From Candidatus Thorarchaeota archaeon (GTDB taxonomy: Archaea > Asgardarchaeota > Thorarchaeia > Thorarchaeales > Thorarchaeaceae), in contig JBHLRP010000002.1 in NCBI GenBank assembly GCA_048882485.1, positions 6,527 through 70,526 of the forward strand: 64,000 nucleotides of DNA, in the 5' to 3' direction. Position numbers and translations under genes: made by a program. The notes beneath the pieces are model-generated. The model saw only the letters and a program-made list of their open reading frames with translations. It made no database searches and was not told the DNA's origin. Numbering within the stretch: position 1 is the first letter of the stretch; each line of letters starts with the position of its first letter. This document shows positions 46,917 to 56,492 of this stretch, in pieces.

Positions 46917-48110
46917 TTGGGCGAACTGAAACGGTCTGTGTTGCCATTCACATCAATAGTTGGACTAGCCAACCTGAAACTAGCTCTGATTCTAAATGGA
47001 GTAAATCCACAGATTGGTGGAGTTCTGATATCTGGGCCCAAAGGAACTGGAAAAACCACCGTGGTTAGGGCGCTAGCCGACCTTCTACCTGAAGTTGATG
47101 TTGTAGAAGGATGTCGATTTGGGTGCAATCCTCATCGTGAGGAGTATCTATGTCAGGATTGCATTGAACTATTAGCCAGCAATAAGACTCTGAAGAGCGT
47201 TACAAGGAAGATGCGTGTGGTAAACCTCCCACTCTCCACAACAGAAGATCGATTAATTGGGGCACTTGATATTGAGCGCGTCCTTCAGGATGGTATTCAA
47301 GCTCTGAAACCCGGAATCCTAGCTGAAGCGCATCAGAATGTGCTGTATGTCGATGAGGTGAACCTTCTCCCCGACCATCTAGTAGATGACTTGTTGGATG
47401 CGGCTGCAACCAAAATCAATGTTATAGAACGAGAAGGAATCTCCATTGCCCATCCTTCTGATTTCGTTCTGATAGGCACAATGAATCCGGAGGAAGGGGA
47501 ACTTAGACCTCAGCTTTTGGACCGATTTCCGCTCCACGTCGCAGTAGGTGCTGATCATACCGTAGAGGAACGCATGCAATTAGTTAGAAGGAACCTAGCA
47601 TTTGAGAGTAATCCTGAGCAGTTTGAGGAAGATTGGTCCCAAAGTCAGTCAGAGCTAAGAGAGAAGATAATCAATGCAAAAGCGATACTCCATGAAGTTT
47701 ACCTCTCAGACCACAGTCTTCGAGCGATTGCTATAGCTACAGATGCACTCGAAGTGGATGGTGTCCGACCGGATATTATCATCAGTAAGGCTGCTATAAC
47801 AAACGCGGCTTACGAAGGCCGCACTGAGGCTACACTGGAAGATATGAAGCTAGCCGCTCAGCTTACATTGAGTCATAGGACTCGGAGAGGCGGCCTTTTG
47901 GAGCCGCCCTCATCAAATGATATTGATATGGCAATAACAAAGGCCGCAGAGATAGCCAAGAAGAGGGACAAACAAGCTTCGCCTACCGAAGTCCCATCAT
48001 CAGAAGAAGATAAGTCTGGCAAACGTAGTAGTGGGGGTCGGTTTAGTCGAGGCGATAGGTTCGCTACTGGCGGCCGGCAGGAAGGTCAAAAAAAAAAGCT
48101 AAAGGTGTAA
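46917..48110 (+). CDS. chelatase ChlI/ChlD-type AAA+ subunit (0-frame product)
   Basis: GPKGTGKT, TEDRLIG.LD, PGILAEA, YVDEVNLL, GTMNPEEGELRPQLLDRF. Confidence 0.92.
   Translation: MGELKRSVLPFTSIVGLANLKLALILNGVNPQIGGVLISGPKGTGKTTVVRALADLLPEVDVVEGCRFGCNPHREEYLCQDCIELLASNKTLKSVTRKMRVVNLPLSTTEDRLIGALDIERVLQDGIQALKPGILAEAHQNVLYVDEVNLLPDHLVDDLLDAAATKINVIEREGISIAHPSDFVLIGTMNPEEGELRPQLLDRFPLHVAVGADHTVEERMQLVRRNLAFESNPEQFEEDWSQSQSELREKIINAKAILHEVYLSDHSLRAIAIATDALEVDGVRPDIIISKAAITNAAYEGRTEATLEDMKLAAQLTLSHRTRRGGLLEPPSSNDIDMAITKAAEIAKKRDKQASPTEVPSSEEDKSGKRSSGGRFSRGDRFATGGRQEGQKKKLKV
48088..48097 (+). other. A10 slippery site (putative programmed -1 frameshift or transcriptional slippage)
   Basis: The -1 frame is open from 48059 through 48155 into the vWA ORF; the 0 frame stops at 48108-48110. 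Confidence 0.7.
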
Positions 48111-48154
48111 GAAATCCCCAGGGAGATCCAATCAAGGGTACAATCTGTGCCATA

Positions 48155-49585
48155 ATGATGATTGTTGTCTTTGCTTACTTTGCATGGATTTACTGGTCAC
48201 CCATCAATCTTCTTTTTGGTCTCTTCCCCGGTGAGTTTCCAACTTTGCCTGTGATTATAGTTGACACTATCGTGTTTGCGCCAATTATCTACAACCTCGT
48301 CAGAAAATGGCTCAGCATCATGACAAGGCGTCAGAGCGGACCAGCAGCAGGCATTGATACAGTCGATGGAGGATTGGGAGTTCCAGAACCTGGAGATGAA
48401 TGGGGAGTTGCCACAAGACCCTATAGTGCCAAGAAGGAAACCACAGTCATCGGTTCAAAGTCAGAGGTCAGAGAGCCTCTTGGTATCGATGCAGGCTTCT
48501 TCATCAAGCTCCCGGACCTGGATACTGGAGAGGTGTTATTTGATATTGAGTATCTTCAGAGCAGGACAATGAGGAAGTCGGTTGTGTCTTCCGGCGGATG
48601 GATTCAGAAACGAGTAAGCTCCCGCTCTATGGGCTCTCTAAAGACGTCGGACTCAAGTCAATACGGACGGCCCGTTAGGTCACGGAAACCTAGAGGTGAC
48701 GTGAGGAGCATCAACATTCCCGCCACAATTATGGCTTCAATTTCACGAATGGGAAAGCTTCATCACACTCAGAGAATCGAAATCTCAGAGGAAGACATCA
48801 GAGAGTCTGTATTTAGTGGGAGAACGCCTCTAACAGTGTTGCTTGTCATTGATGTGAGTATGTCAATGAAGGGATCAATGAGGGAAGTACGTGACATCCT
48901 TGAAGCAATTGAGCGCGAAACAAGAGGTTCAAAGGATCGAACTGGGATTATCGCATTCAAGGACAGCGGAGCTATTGAAGTTCAAGCCCCCACAAGCAAC
49001 TGGAACAAGATCTATAGGGCTCTTGGCAAGCTGCGCGTATCAGGCTTGACTCCTCTTGCAGAAGCCTTAATGAAAGCATTAGAAACTGTCCGTAGAGAGA
49101 GAATGAGAAATAGGGACATTGAACCATTGATTGTCTTGATATCTGACTTCGCACCCAACATACCCTTGGCACAATCCGTGGGCCCTGGTCATGCTAAATA
49201 CACTCCCATTAGAGATCTTGTCAAGGCCGCCCGTCTTATCCGAAAAGCAAAGGTCCGAATTGCAGCTGTTGATGTGAACCCAGAGCATGTAAATTGGTCC
49301 AAGTTTTTGCGGCGTCCGTATTATGAGGCCTTGGAGCTGGCAGCCAATCTTAGAATGAAAAAAGAGGGGCACAATGATCCAGTAGAAACGGTTCTTGAGG
49401 TGCCGGAATTTAGAAAGACATTTGGTGCCTTCTTAGTGGCTCGTACCGGAGGTGGTAGGGCGTTTCTGTGGAAAGAACTGCTGCAAGAGCGGTCGATTAT
49501 TGGAGAATTTTTGCGCGGTAGCACGATCAAATCACGTATCAGGTCAGAGGATCTCCGAGAGGCGGAAGCATATCTTCCAGACTAG
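48155..49585 (+). CDS. ChlD-type vWA domain with N-terminal TM hairpin; probably the frameshifted C-terminal part of 46917..49585
   Basis: INIPATI...EEDIRE, MIDAS DVSMSM, GLTPLAEAL, LISD..PN; no SD before 48155. Confidence 0.8.
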   Translation: MMIVVFAYFAWIYWSPINLLFGLFPGEFPTLPVIIVDTIVFAPIIYNLVRKWLSIMTRRQSGPAAGIDTVDGGLGVPEPGDEWGVATRPYSAKKETTVIGSKSEVREPLGIDAGFFIKLPDLDTGEVLFDIEYLQSRTMRKSVVSSGGWIQKRVSSRSMGSLKTSDSSQYGRPVRSRKPRGDVRSINIPATIMASISRMGKLHHTQRIEISEEDIRESVFSGRTPLTVLLVIDVSMSMKGSMREVRDILEAIERETRGSKDRTGIIAFKDSGAIEVQAPTSNWNKIYRALGKLRVSGLTPLAEALMKALETVRRERMRNRDIEPLIVLISDFAPNIPLAQSVGPGHAKYTPIRDLVKAARLIRKAKVRIAAVDVNPEHVNWSKFLRRPYYEALELAANLRMKKEGHNDPVETVLEVPEFRKTFGAFLVARTGGGRAFLWKELLQERSIIGEFLRGSTIKSRIRSEDLREAEAYLPD

Positions 49586-49728
49586 CACCTCTCGATTAGT
49601 TTATACCGATACCACTCCCTTCATGTGTTGCGCATCTAGTCTGAGACAAGTCTGTTGTCATAGTGAGTTAGGAGAGCCCCGAATGGGGTTTCGATGAATT
49701 TCCTTTTCATGCAATAGGCACAGGACTG

Positions 49729-50772
49729 ATGCGCACCTTGACTGCAGAGGAGTATTTGATATTGCTACCAGGGAAAGTCCCTCCGGATGTATTGGGTCGG
49801 ATTGTCTTCTCTCATCTTGGCAAGACGGACAAGGATCTCATTCTTGGTCCCGGCATTGGTGAGGATGCTTCATTGATTCGTGTAGGCAATTCAGTTATTG
49901 TCGCAGCGACTGATCCAATCACTGGATCGGTTGAAGACATAGGATGGCTCGCAGTCCATATCAATGCAAATGATATAGCAACTTTTGGAGTTCAACCTCG
50001 TTGGTTTTTGGCATCAATAATGCTACCATCTGGATTTCAAGAGCCTGACTTAGAACGCATAATGACACAAATCCATGAGGCAGCAATGTCACTTGACATC
50101 TCCGTGGCTGGTGGGCACACCGAGATAACTGAAGGTATCGACAGGCCAATTATTGCTGGCTTTATGATGGGAATGACAACTGAAAATGGATACGTGACAT
50201 CTGCAGGTGCAAAACCTGGAAATACTATAATAATGACAAAGACAGCCGCAATCGAAGGTACAGCAATCCTTGCAGCCGAAGGCGCACCTCATCTCTCCAA
50301 GATGCTAGGTGAAAAGACAGTCGATGATGCTCTCAGTCTTCGAAGTCAGATTAGTGTTGTAGAGGATGGTATCGTCGCATTTGAAACAGGGCATATCACA
50401 TCAATGCATGATCCAACCGAGGGTGGTCTAATAGGGGGGCTGCATGAGATTTGTGATGCGAGTAATGTTGGATTTGAGATTGATTTGGATTCTATCCCGA
50501 TACATGATGCCACCAAATCTATCTGTGAACTTCTGTCAATCAATATACTTGAGCTAATCAGTAGTGGAAGCATGTTGATGACATGTATGCCCGAAGGTGC
50601 TGATTTGGTGACCGCAGCCTTGGAGGACAATGGGATCAAAGCAACCGTCCTCGGAACTGTTTCCTCAGATGCCTCCGTAAGAAAGGGTGTAAGGAACGGA
50701 GAGTCAATTCAAATTCCCCGTCCGAGCAACGATGCTATCTGGGAGGCTCTCAAGAAACTCAATCAGACATGA
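49729..50772 (+). CDS. AIR synthase-related protein (HypE/ThiL/PurM superfamily)
   Basis: GPGIGEDA, TDPIT, NANDIA, GGHTE, MHDPTEGG; true start probably TTG at 49756 or 49762. Confidence 0.88.
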   Translation: MRTLTAEEYLILLPGKVPPDVLGRIVFSHLGKTDKDLILGPGIGEDASLIRVGNSVIVAATDPITGSVEDIGWLAVHINANDIATFGVQPRWFLASIMLPSGFQEPDLERIMTQIHEAAMSLDISVAGGHTEITEGIDRPIIAGFMMGMTTENGYVTSAGAKPGNTIIMTKTAAIEGTAILAAEGAPHLSKMLGEKTVDDALSLRSQISVVEDGIVAFETGHITSMHDPTEGGLIGGLHEICDASNVGFEIDLDSIPIHDATKSICELLSINILELISSGSMLMTCMPEGADLVTAALEDNGIKATVLGTVSSDASVRKGVRNGESIQIPRPSNDAIWEALKKLNQT

Positions 50773-51538
50773 ATTGCTTTAGCGAATCGATATGCTGATC
50801 CGTGGCCGCCTCGATGATTATGGGTGATAGCGAGATATTTGTACTGTTCAATACTATATCTGCGTCTGTTCCTTTTGAAGGAGCATTATGAATCCCCTTC
50901 AGCCAATAGTACGGACTCTGATTAGGATCAACTCTTTTATCCAGCTCGTTGCTTATGCGTACTCGTGCAGGCTTGGTGACCACGATTTTGCTTTCTTCTG
51001 ATAGGATTGATGGGAAATTCAGGTTGATGGCATCGATTCCTTTTGGAAGCCCTTTGCCCAGCACTCTCAGAACTACATCACGAATCACTTCACAAATTTC
51101 GGTATAATCCCTCTCCTTCTCAGCGCTGTTAAACCATTCATTAGGCTCAACAATGAGTGAAGCCGCAATGGCTGGAAATCCCATCAGAGCTGCCTCCATT
51201 GCAGCACCGACGGTTCCACTCGTAAACATGCTCTGATATCCAAGATTGCCTCCAGCATTTATCCCAGATACAAAGAGGTCAATGTCATCAATGAGACATC
51301 TAGCAAGCACAACGGAGTCTGCTGGTGAACCGTCGTGTGTGATCATCTCAAACCCATTTGCGCTCTTCATCCTTTTAATGCGCAAAGGTCTATTCAAAGT
51401 CAGTGTCTTGCCAGAGGCGCTACGCTCACCATCCGGGACCACAATAGAAATGTCAACGTGCGGAGACAGGGTTTCAGCAAGCTTCAGCAGACCGCTACTG
51501 AATGGGCCATCATCATTTGTTAAACAGACTCTGTTCAA
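50759..51538 (-). CDS. surE: 5'/3'-nucleotidase SurE
   Basis: LTNDDG, GSPAD, SGINAGGN, SGTVGAA.EA. Confidence 0.95.
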   Translation of the reverse strand: MNRVCLTNDDGPFSSGLLKLAETLSPHVDISIVVPDGERSASGKTLTLNRPLRIKRMKSANGFEMITHDGSPADSVVLARCLIDDIDLFVSGINAGGNLGYQSMFTSGTVGAAMEAALMGFPAIAASLIVEPNEWFNSAEKERDYTEICEVIRDVVLRVLGKGLPKGIDAINLNFPSILSEESKIVVTKPARVRISNELDKRVDPNQSPYYWLKGIHNAPSKGTDADIVLNSTNISLSPIIIEAATDQHIDSLKQFMSD

Positions 51539-51613
51539 TCCATTTCTCTCCTACAATGTCCGATTGCCGTAACTCTGTTTGAAGATAAGAATGACGGAAT
51601 AAACACGTCCTTG

Positions 51614-52699
51614 TTACTCAAACTCCTTGCTAAGGATGTCAAGAATTTTCCTTGAGGCATCGCCTCGTCCGTACGGGCAATGTCTCGCATTATCCAATCC
51701 CTCCTGAACGCTTTCAGAAACCAAACTGGGGAACTCCCTAGGATTCACGCCTACAACTTCGGCATGCCCTGACTTCACGGCTTCTGGTCTCTCTGTTGAG
51801 GTCCTTAGAACAAACACTCTTTTGTTAATTGAGGGTGCGGTTGCCTCCTCCTGAATACCTCCAGAGTCGGTCATAATGAAGGAACATTTCTTCATTAATG
51901 AAAGGAAGTCGAGATATGCCACGGGTTCTATTACTCGAATCCAGTCAGCGCTTTTGATCATAGACATGAGACCGAACTTATTCAGCTGTTTCACAGTTCT
52001 CGGATGTGCAGGGAATAGAATCGAGATTTCAAGTTCCAAAAGACCCTCTACAAGTCCTTTCAGTACCGCCTCATTATCCACGTTTTCTGATCGATGGATA
52101 GTCAGTAGTGCGAAGGAGTCGAATCCGGCGGCAATAGTTGGGTCTGCTCGCTCTAGGGCGAGTGGTAGACGATTCTCGACTGCGTCTATCACGGTGTTTC
52201 CGGTGACAAAGACCTTGCCCCATACATTCTCCTTTCTGAGTATCTCGGCTGAATTCTCTGTGGGGGCAAACAGGAAATCAGAAACATGGTCTGTAAGTCG
52301 TCTGTTGTGCTCCTCAGGCATTCGTTGGTCATAGCTCCTGAGACCTGCTTCAACATGAGCCAATGGTATCTGAAGCTTCGCACTAGCGAGAGCTGCTGAA
52401 AGAACTGCGTTAGTGTCACCTTGGACTAGAACTACATCGGGTTTCTCATGAACGAGTTCTTTCTCAATACCTACGAGAGCTTTAGCAGTTTGCTCTGACT
52501 GTGTTCCTGATCCAACATTCAGATTATTGTCGGGCGTGCGTAATCCCATATCCTCGAAAATCAAGCTGCTCATGAAATCTGAATAATGCTGCCCGGTATT
52601 GAGGAAATAATAGTCAATACCTCTATTTTCACATTCATAGATAATGGGGGCCATCTTTACAATCTCTGGTCGCGTCCCCACTATGATGAAGGGCTTCAA
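51614..52699 (-). CDS. wecB: UDP-N-acetylglucosamine 2-epimerase (non-hydrolysing)
   Basis: GTRPEIVKM, TGQHY, QGDT, HVEAGLRS, PEE.NR, TDSGGIQEEA, TERPE. Confidence 0.95.
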   Translation of the reverse strand: MKPFIIVGTRPEIVKMAPIIYECENRGIDYYFLNTGQHYSDFMSSLIFEDMGLRTPDNNLNVGSGTQSEQTAKALVGIEKELVHEKPDVVLVQGDTNAVLSAALASAKLQIPLAHVEAGLRSYDQRMPEEHNRRLTDHVSDFLFAPTENSAEILRKENVWGKVFVTGNTVIDAVENRLPLALERADPTIAAGFDSFALLTIHRSENVDNEAVLKGLVEGLLELEISILFPAHPRTVKQLNKFGLMSMIKSADWIRVIEPVAYLDFLSLMKKCSFIMTDSGGIQEEATAPSINKRVFVLRTSTERPEAVKSGHAEVVGVNPREFPSLVSESVQEGLDNARHCPYGRGDASRKILDILSKEFE

Positions 52700-52847
52700 T
52701 CAAATCATCCAGCCAATGACCGCTGTCGAAAGCTCATAAGTATGGTGCTCTGAAGCCCATCATGCAAGGACATACATTCTGAAAACACCTAAAAGAATGT
52801 AGGCAATATTCTGATTCGTTCCAGCGTGTCTGAGGTGAGTTTGGAGC

Positions 52848-53687
52848 ATGCGATATGGCCAAGGTATCTTCATCGGCGCACTTCTTCCGGGCATAATATT
52901 CATTGGCAGCATATTTCCTAAAATAGCAGGCCAGGGTGTGACTGACCCACAAGTACTCGCATCGATATGGTCATTGTATATACTGTGGTTCTTTATCTCG
53001 CTTTGTATTGCGATATTTCCGGTCATTGTTGTATATGCGAACCGTAGGGATATTTTCCGCGAATTCATCATCTTCGAGGCTGGAGGATTTGCCCTATTCT
53101 CCCCGTTCTGGCTCTTCCTTGCGACTGATTTGTCCGGAGATTCTTGGACTGACATCATTTTCAATGGAATCGAGAATGGATTACTGGCACCTGGCCCAGG
53201 TGGGACATTGATTGGAATAGACATAAGTAACATCTTCATGGTCCCACTGCTAATTGCAATGGTGATTACCGGCCTCGTGATGTTGCGACCCTCCTTTATC
53301 GCAGAGCATGGAGGTGCCCCAGTCAAAAAGCCATCCAAGGCTCCTGATGAACCCGCAGCGGGTGGACCACCTGGAGCTCCAGCACCGGGCGGCCCTCCAG
53401 GAGCACCTGCCACAACTGTCACAGAAGACCCACTGGAGCAAGAGCTGCCTGGAGTCAAGCCCCCTGCTGCAGATGAAACTAGCAAAGTGGAACTTCGTAG
53501 CCTTCTCATGGAGTTGGGAATTCCAGATCCCACCATAACCGCGATATTCAATGCTGGCTATGCGAATGTGACTGACATAGTAGCTACCAGCGCTGAGCAG
53601 CTCGCACTGACCACAGGGCTAGACAAAGCCACAGCTGAGAATCTCCATATGGCAGTGCAGAAGAAAGTGTGGTTCGGTGGAATCTGA
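52848..53687 (+). CDS. membrane protein with Pro/Gly linker and C-terminal helix-hairpin-helix domain
   Basis: 4 TM; LGIPDPTITAIFNAGY..V.DI...S.EQLA..TGLDKATAE (HHH_5-like). Confidence 0.7.
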   Translation: MRYGQGIFIGALLPGIIFIGSIFPKIAGQGVTDPQVLASIWSLYILWFFISLCIAIFPVIVVYANRRDIFREFIIFEAGGFALFSPFWLFLATDLSGDSWTDIIFNGIENGLLAPGPGGTLIGIDISNIFMVPLLIAMVITGLVMLRPSFIAEHGGAPVKKPSKAPDEPAAGGPPGAPAPGGPPGAPATTVTEDPLEQELPGVKPPAADETSKVELRSLLMELGIPDPTITAIFNAGYANVTDIVATSAEQLALTTGLDKATAENLHMAVQKKVWFGGI

Positions 53688-53712
53688 GCCATAGGTTTAC
53701 AGTTCAAATCTA

Positions 53713-54453
53713 CTACTTCAGCGCAATCATAGCATCAAGTGCAATCGTTACCAGATCATCAAGAGGTGGTTTCCCAACAATCTTTGCTTCCTTCTCGATA
53801 TTCTCACCCACGATTACGCAAATTGCTCCGACTTTGACTCCACGAAGGTGACCAATGACAAACAGCGCAGCTGATTCCATCTCTGTAGCAAGTACGTTTG
53901 CTCTTTTCATGGACTCCCAATGTTCTCTCATGGTCTTGGAATTCGTCACGAGGTCTGGATACTCACTATAGAACGCGTCTTTGCTGTGGCCGATACCAAC
54001 ATAGTGCTTTGCACCCCGCATTTCTGCAGCATGTGTAAGTGCTACTACTAATTTTGGGTCAGCAACCGCCGGAAACTCAAGCGGAACATATTGTCTAGAG
54101 GTTCCATCATCTCTAACCGCGCCGGTGAATATGATGACATCTCCTGTAATTAGGTCTGGATGTATTGCGCCAGCTGTTCCGACTCGGACGAAGACTTTAC
54201 AGCCCACCTTTACGAGTTCTTCGATTGCAATAGCCGCAGATGGGCAGCCAATTCCAGTTGAGCAGACGCCAACTGGTACGCCTTTGTAAATCCCTTTGAA
54301 GCTCCAGTATTCACGTTTTTTTGATACCTCTACCGGATTGTCAAAAAACTGCTCAGCTATAAGTCGAGCTCTATCAGGGTCTCCAGGAAGCAAGACGAGT
54401 TCAGGTATCTCTCCAGGCGCAATGTCAATGTGGTATTCCTTGTCACTTCCCAT
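53713..54453 (-). CDS. udp: uridine/nucleoside phosphorylase
   Basis: YHI, LPGDPDR, STGIG.PS..IAIEEL, RVGT.G, EME. Confidence 0.88.
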   Translation of the reverse strand: MGSDKEYHIDIAPGEIPELVLLPGDPDRARLIAEQFFDNPVEVSKKREYWSFKGIYKGVPVGVCSTGIGCPSAAIAIEELVKVGCKVFVRVGTAGAIHPDLITGDVIIFTGAVRDDGTSRQYVPLEFPAVADPKLVVALTHAAEMRGAKHYVGIGHSKDAFYSEYPDLVTNSKTMREHWESMKRANVLATEMESAALFVIGHLRGVKVGAICVIVGENIEKEAKIVGKPPLDDLVTIALDAMIALK

Positions 54454-54577
54454 TTAGTAGCCAACCCACGGGCGCCGAGTCTGGATATAAGAAAAGCGTT
54501 TCGATGGAATGATTATCCGGATTCGTTTGGAGATAGCCTTAAAAGCGCCCTGCAGAGGGCGTGGTGCAGTGTTGAAT

Positions 54578-54802
54578 ATGAGCGAAGAGATTACTGAACT
54601 GCAACGCGAAATACTTGCACTCATTCTGGAGGACAACCGCAGAGCAGGAGCTATCATGAGAACTCTTCAAAAGCGACACATAGAGTGCAATCAAAACGAG
54701 GTTATCATGGCTCTCAATGATTTAGAGAAACGCGATTTGGTTGAGCGAGCCACTGAAAAGGCTTGGGCTGCGAAATCCAAGGCGGAAGACTATCTTGACT
54801 AG
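54578..54802 (+). CDS. small winged-helix protein
   Basis: TELQREIL...V..AL.DLEKRDLVER....W. Confidence 0.6.
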   Translation: MSEEITELQREILALILEDNRRAGAIMRTLQKRHIECNQNEVIMALNDLEKRDLVERATEKAWAAKSKAEDYLD

Positions 54803-54822
54803 GACCGCTTGCTAAAGTCATT

Positions 54823-55815
54823 TCACAGTTCTTTCACAAGTGTGTCTACGATGTTGTAGGTCAGGTCAGGCTCATCCTCACAAAATGCATGAGTTCGAAC
54901 TGTGTTAGTTGTCACGATTCTCTCCTTGCTCTTCTCAATCAAAGCTTCCAATAGCTTCTCTCCTCGGTCTCTAATTGGTAGGACATGTGCTACAGCCATG
55001 CCCACATCAGACGCGCCGAGCGAATATAGTCGCTCAGCAGCCTTCAATAAGGTGCTGCCACTCTTAGTGAGGTCGTCAATTACTATGACTTGTCGTCCCT
55101 TAACATCAAGGTCTCCATGCAGTTCAACACAGTATGAATTTGTTCGGCTTTTTCCAAAGCCCTCAATATCATAGCGTTGCTTGGCACCTTCATCTGGAGT
55201 GACAACCAGGCAATCTGAAAAACCAAATTTCTCTCGACCGAAATCGATGAGGTCCGGGATGACATCGATTGTGTAGTATATTCCTTTCTCAGTGAGATCT
55301 TTCACCCAAGGTAGGTCATCCGCTGCATGCGGATTCACAACCCACATCTTGTCGCATGCATTGGCGATCTGATAGGTGGCCCATCTTCCGGCTGACGCCT
55401 CACCAGTCAAGAATGACTTATCTTGAAGTGCAAATGGTTGAAACGTTAGAACCACTTCTATTCTAGATGGCGATTCAATAGGAGTCTCCTTGAACTGTTT
55501 GTGTCCAATTCTTTCAACTGACACGGGATTTGCCAGGATGTCAAGAAGAAGGAGTAGCTCAAGAACTCTATCAGAGGTTGTATAGCGCTCAAATTCAGCG
55601 GGGCCTGCACCAGTGCAGCTTTGAATCACAATCACTTTCCGGCCTGACAGCTCAGGGACTCTTCCCAGCCTAGCATAAATGTCAGTGTTTGGGAAAAGAC
55701 GTCTGCTGTCATAATTGAGATTCGATGTAAATACACGAAAGCCGTGTTCTTCAAATCGCTCCCTAAGATGCTCTGCACCGCTTGCAAGGACCACGTCGTA
55801 ATCCTTCATCTTCAA
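54823..55815 (-). CDS. divergent ribose-phosphate pyrophosphokinase-like/PRTase protein
   Basis: PFALQDK.F..GE, NPH, TPDEGA, VIVIDDLTKSGSTL PRPP loop, VAH, TTNT. Confidence 0.75.
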   Translation of the reverse strand: MKMKDYDVVLASGAEHLRERFEEHGFRVFTSNLNYDSRRLFPNTDIYARLGRVPELSGRKVIVIQSCTGAGPAEFERYTTSDRVLELLLLLDILANPVSVERIGHKQFKETPIESPSRIEVVLTFQPFALQDKSFLTGEASAGRWATYQIANACDKMWVVNPHAADDLPWVKDLTEKGIYYTIDVIPDLIDFGREKFGFSDCLVVTPDEGAKQRYDIEGFGKSRTNSYCVELHGDLDVKGRQVIVIDDLTKSGSTLLKAAERLYSLGASDVGMAVAHVLPIRDRGEKLLEALIEKSKERIVTTNTVRTHAFCEDEPDLTYNIVDTLVKEL

Positions 55816-55847
55816 CCACCGCCAATTTTGTGGCGGTCATCGTCCCT

Positions 55848-56411
55848 TTAAGATACTTTGCCTTTATACGCCACATCTGGGCTGTCTTGACCAACATAGT
55901 GACTTTCAGCTCGGTCATCATATCCGCGTTTCGCTGGACTACTCAGAGGTACAAACATAATCTGGACTATTGACATCCCCGGTCGGAGTAGAACTGGACT
56001 TAGATTCTCACAATAGATCTCCAATGTCAGCCTGCCAGGCATTTTCAATCCCGTTCCAGGGTTCACCAAACCAGCGGCATGTACAATGATGCCCAATCGG
56101 GCTATACTGGACTTTCCCTCCAAGAGTGCCGCATAGCTAGAGCTAATTCTGATTCGTTCAATTGTCTGGCCAAGAATGAATTGTCCTGGGAGAATCATGA
56201 AGGGCTTGCCCTCTGTATCAACGAGTTTCGTATCCTTGTCCAGCTCATCCCGATTCTCTACATCGATCGGCGTGCCAGGATTGTAGATTCGAAAAACACT
56301 ATCTAGCCTGAGGTCTATGCTACATGGACCTAATGAATCAAGAGAGAATGGATCTATGAGAATAGACCCCTCCTTTATGGCCTTCTCAATATCGACATCC
56401 GATAGCATCAT
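55848..56411 (-). CDS. dcd: dCTP deaminase
   Basis: LSDVDI, SIDLRL, EGKSSIARLG, AG.V.PG, LTLEI, Y.GQ. Confidence 0.9.
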   Translation of the reverse strand: MMLSDVDIEKAIKEGSILIDPFSLDSLGPCSIDLRLDSVFRIYNPGTPIDVENRDELDKDTKLVDTEGKPFMILPGQFILGQTIERIRISSSYAALLEGKSSIARLGIIVHAAGLVNPGTGLKMPGRLTLEIYCENLSPVLLRPGMSIVQIMFVPLSSPAKRGYDDRAESHYVGQDSPDVAYKGKVS

Positions 56412-56492
56412 CTATATGTCACTCGCCACAGTAATGTCTTACAAAGTCACTAAAAGATTGCACGCTCGCTTATCTTTGTCATCATTAGGTAT

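Noticed and set aside
46917-49585. chlD pseudogene interpretation
   Set aside because: Both parts have intact motifs and the only break coincides with a poly-A slippery site of a known type; an assembly error remains possible.
52760-53551. 263-aa - strand ORF
   Set aside because: Antisense shadow of the membrane/HhH gene, which has an SD and a recognisable domain.
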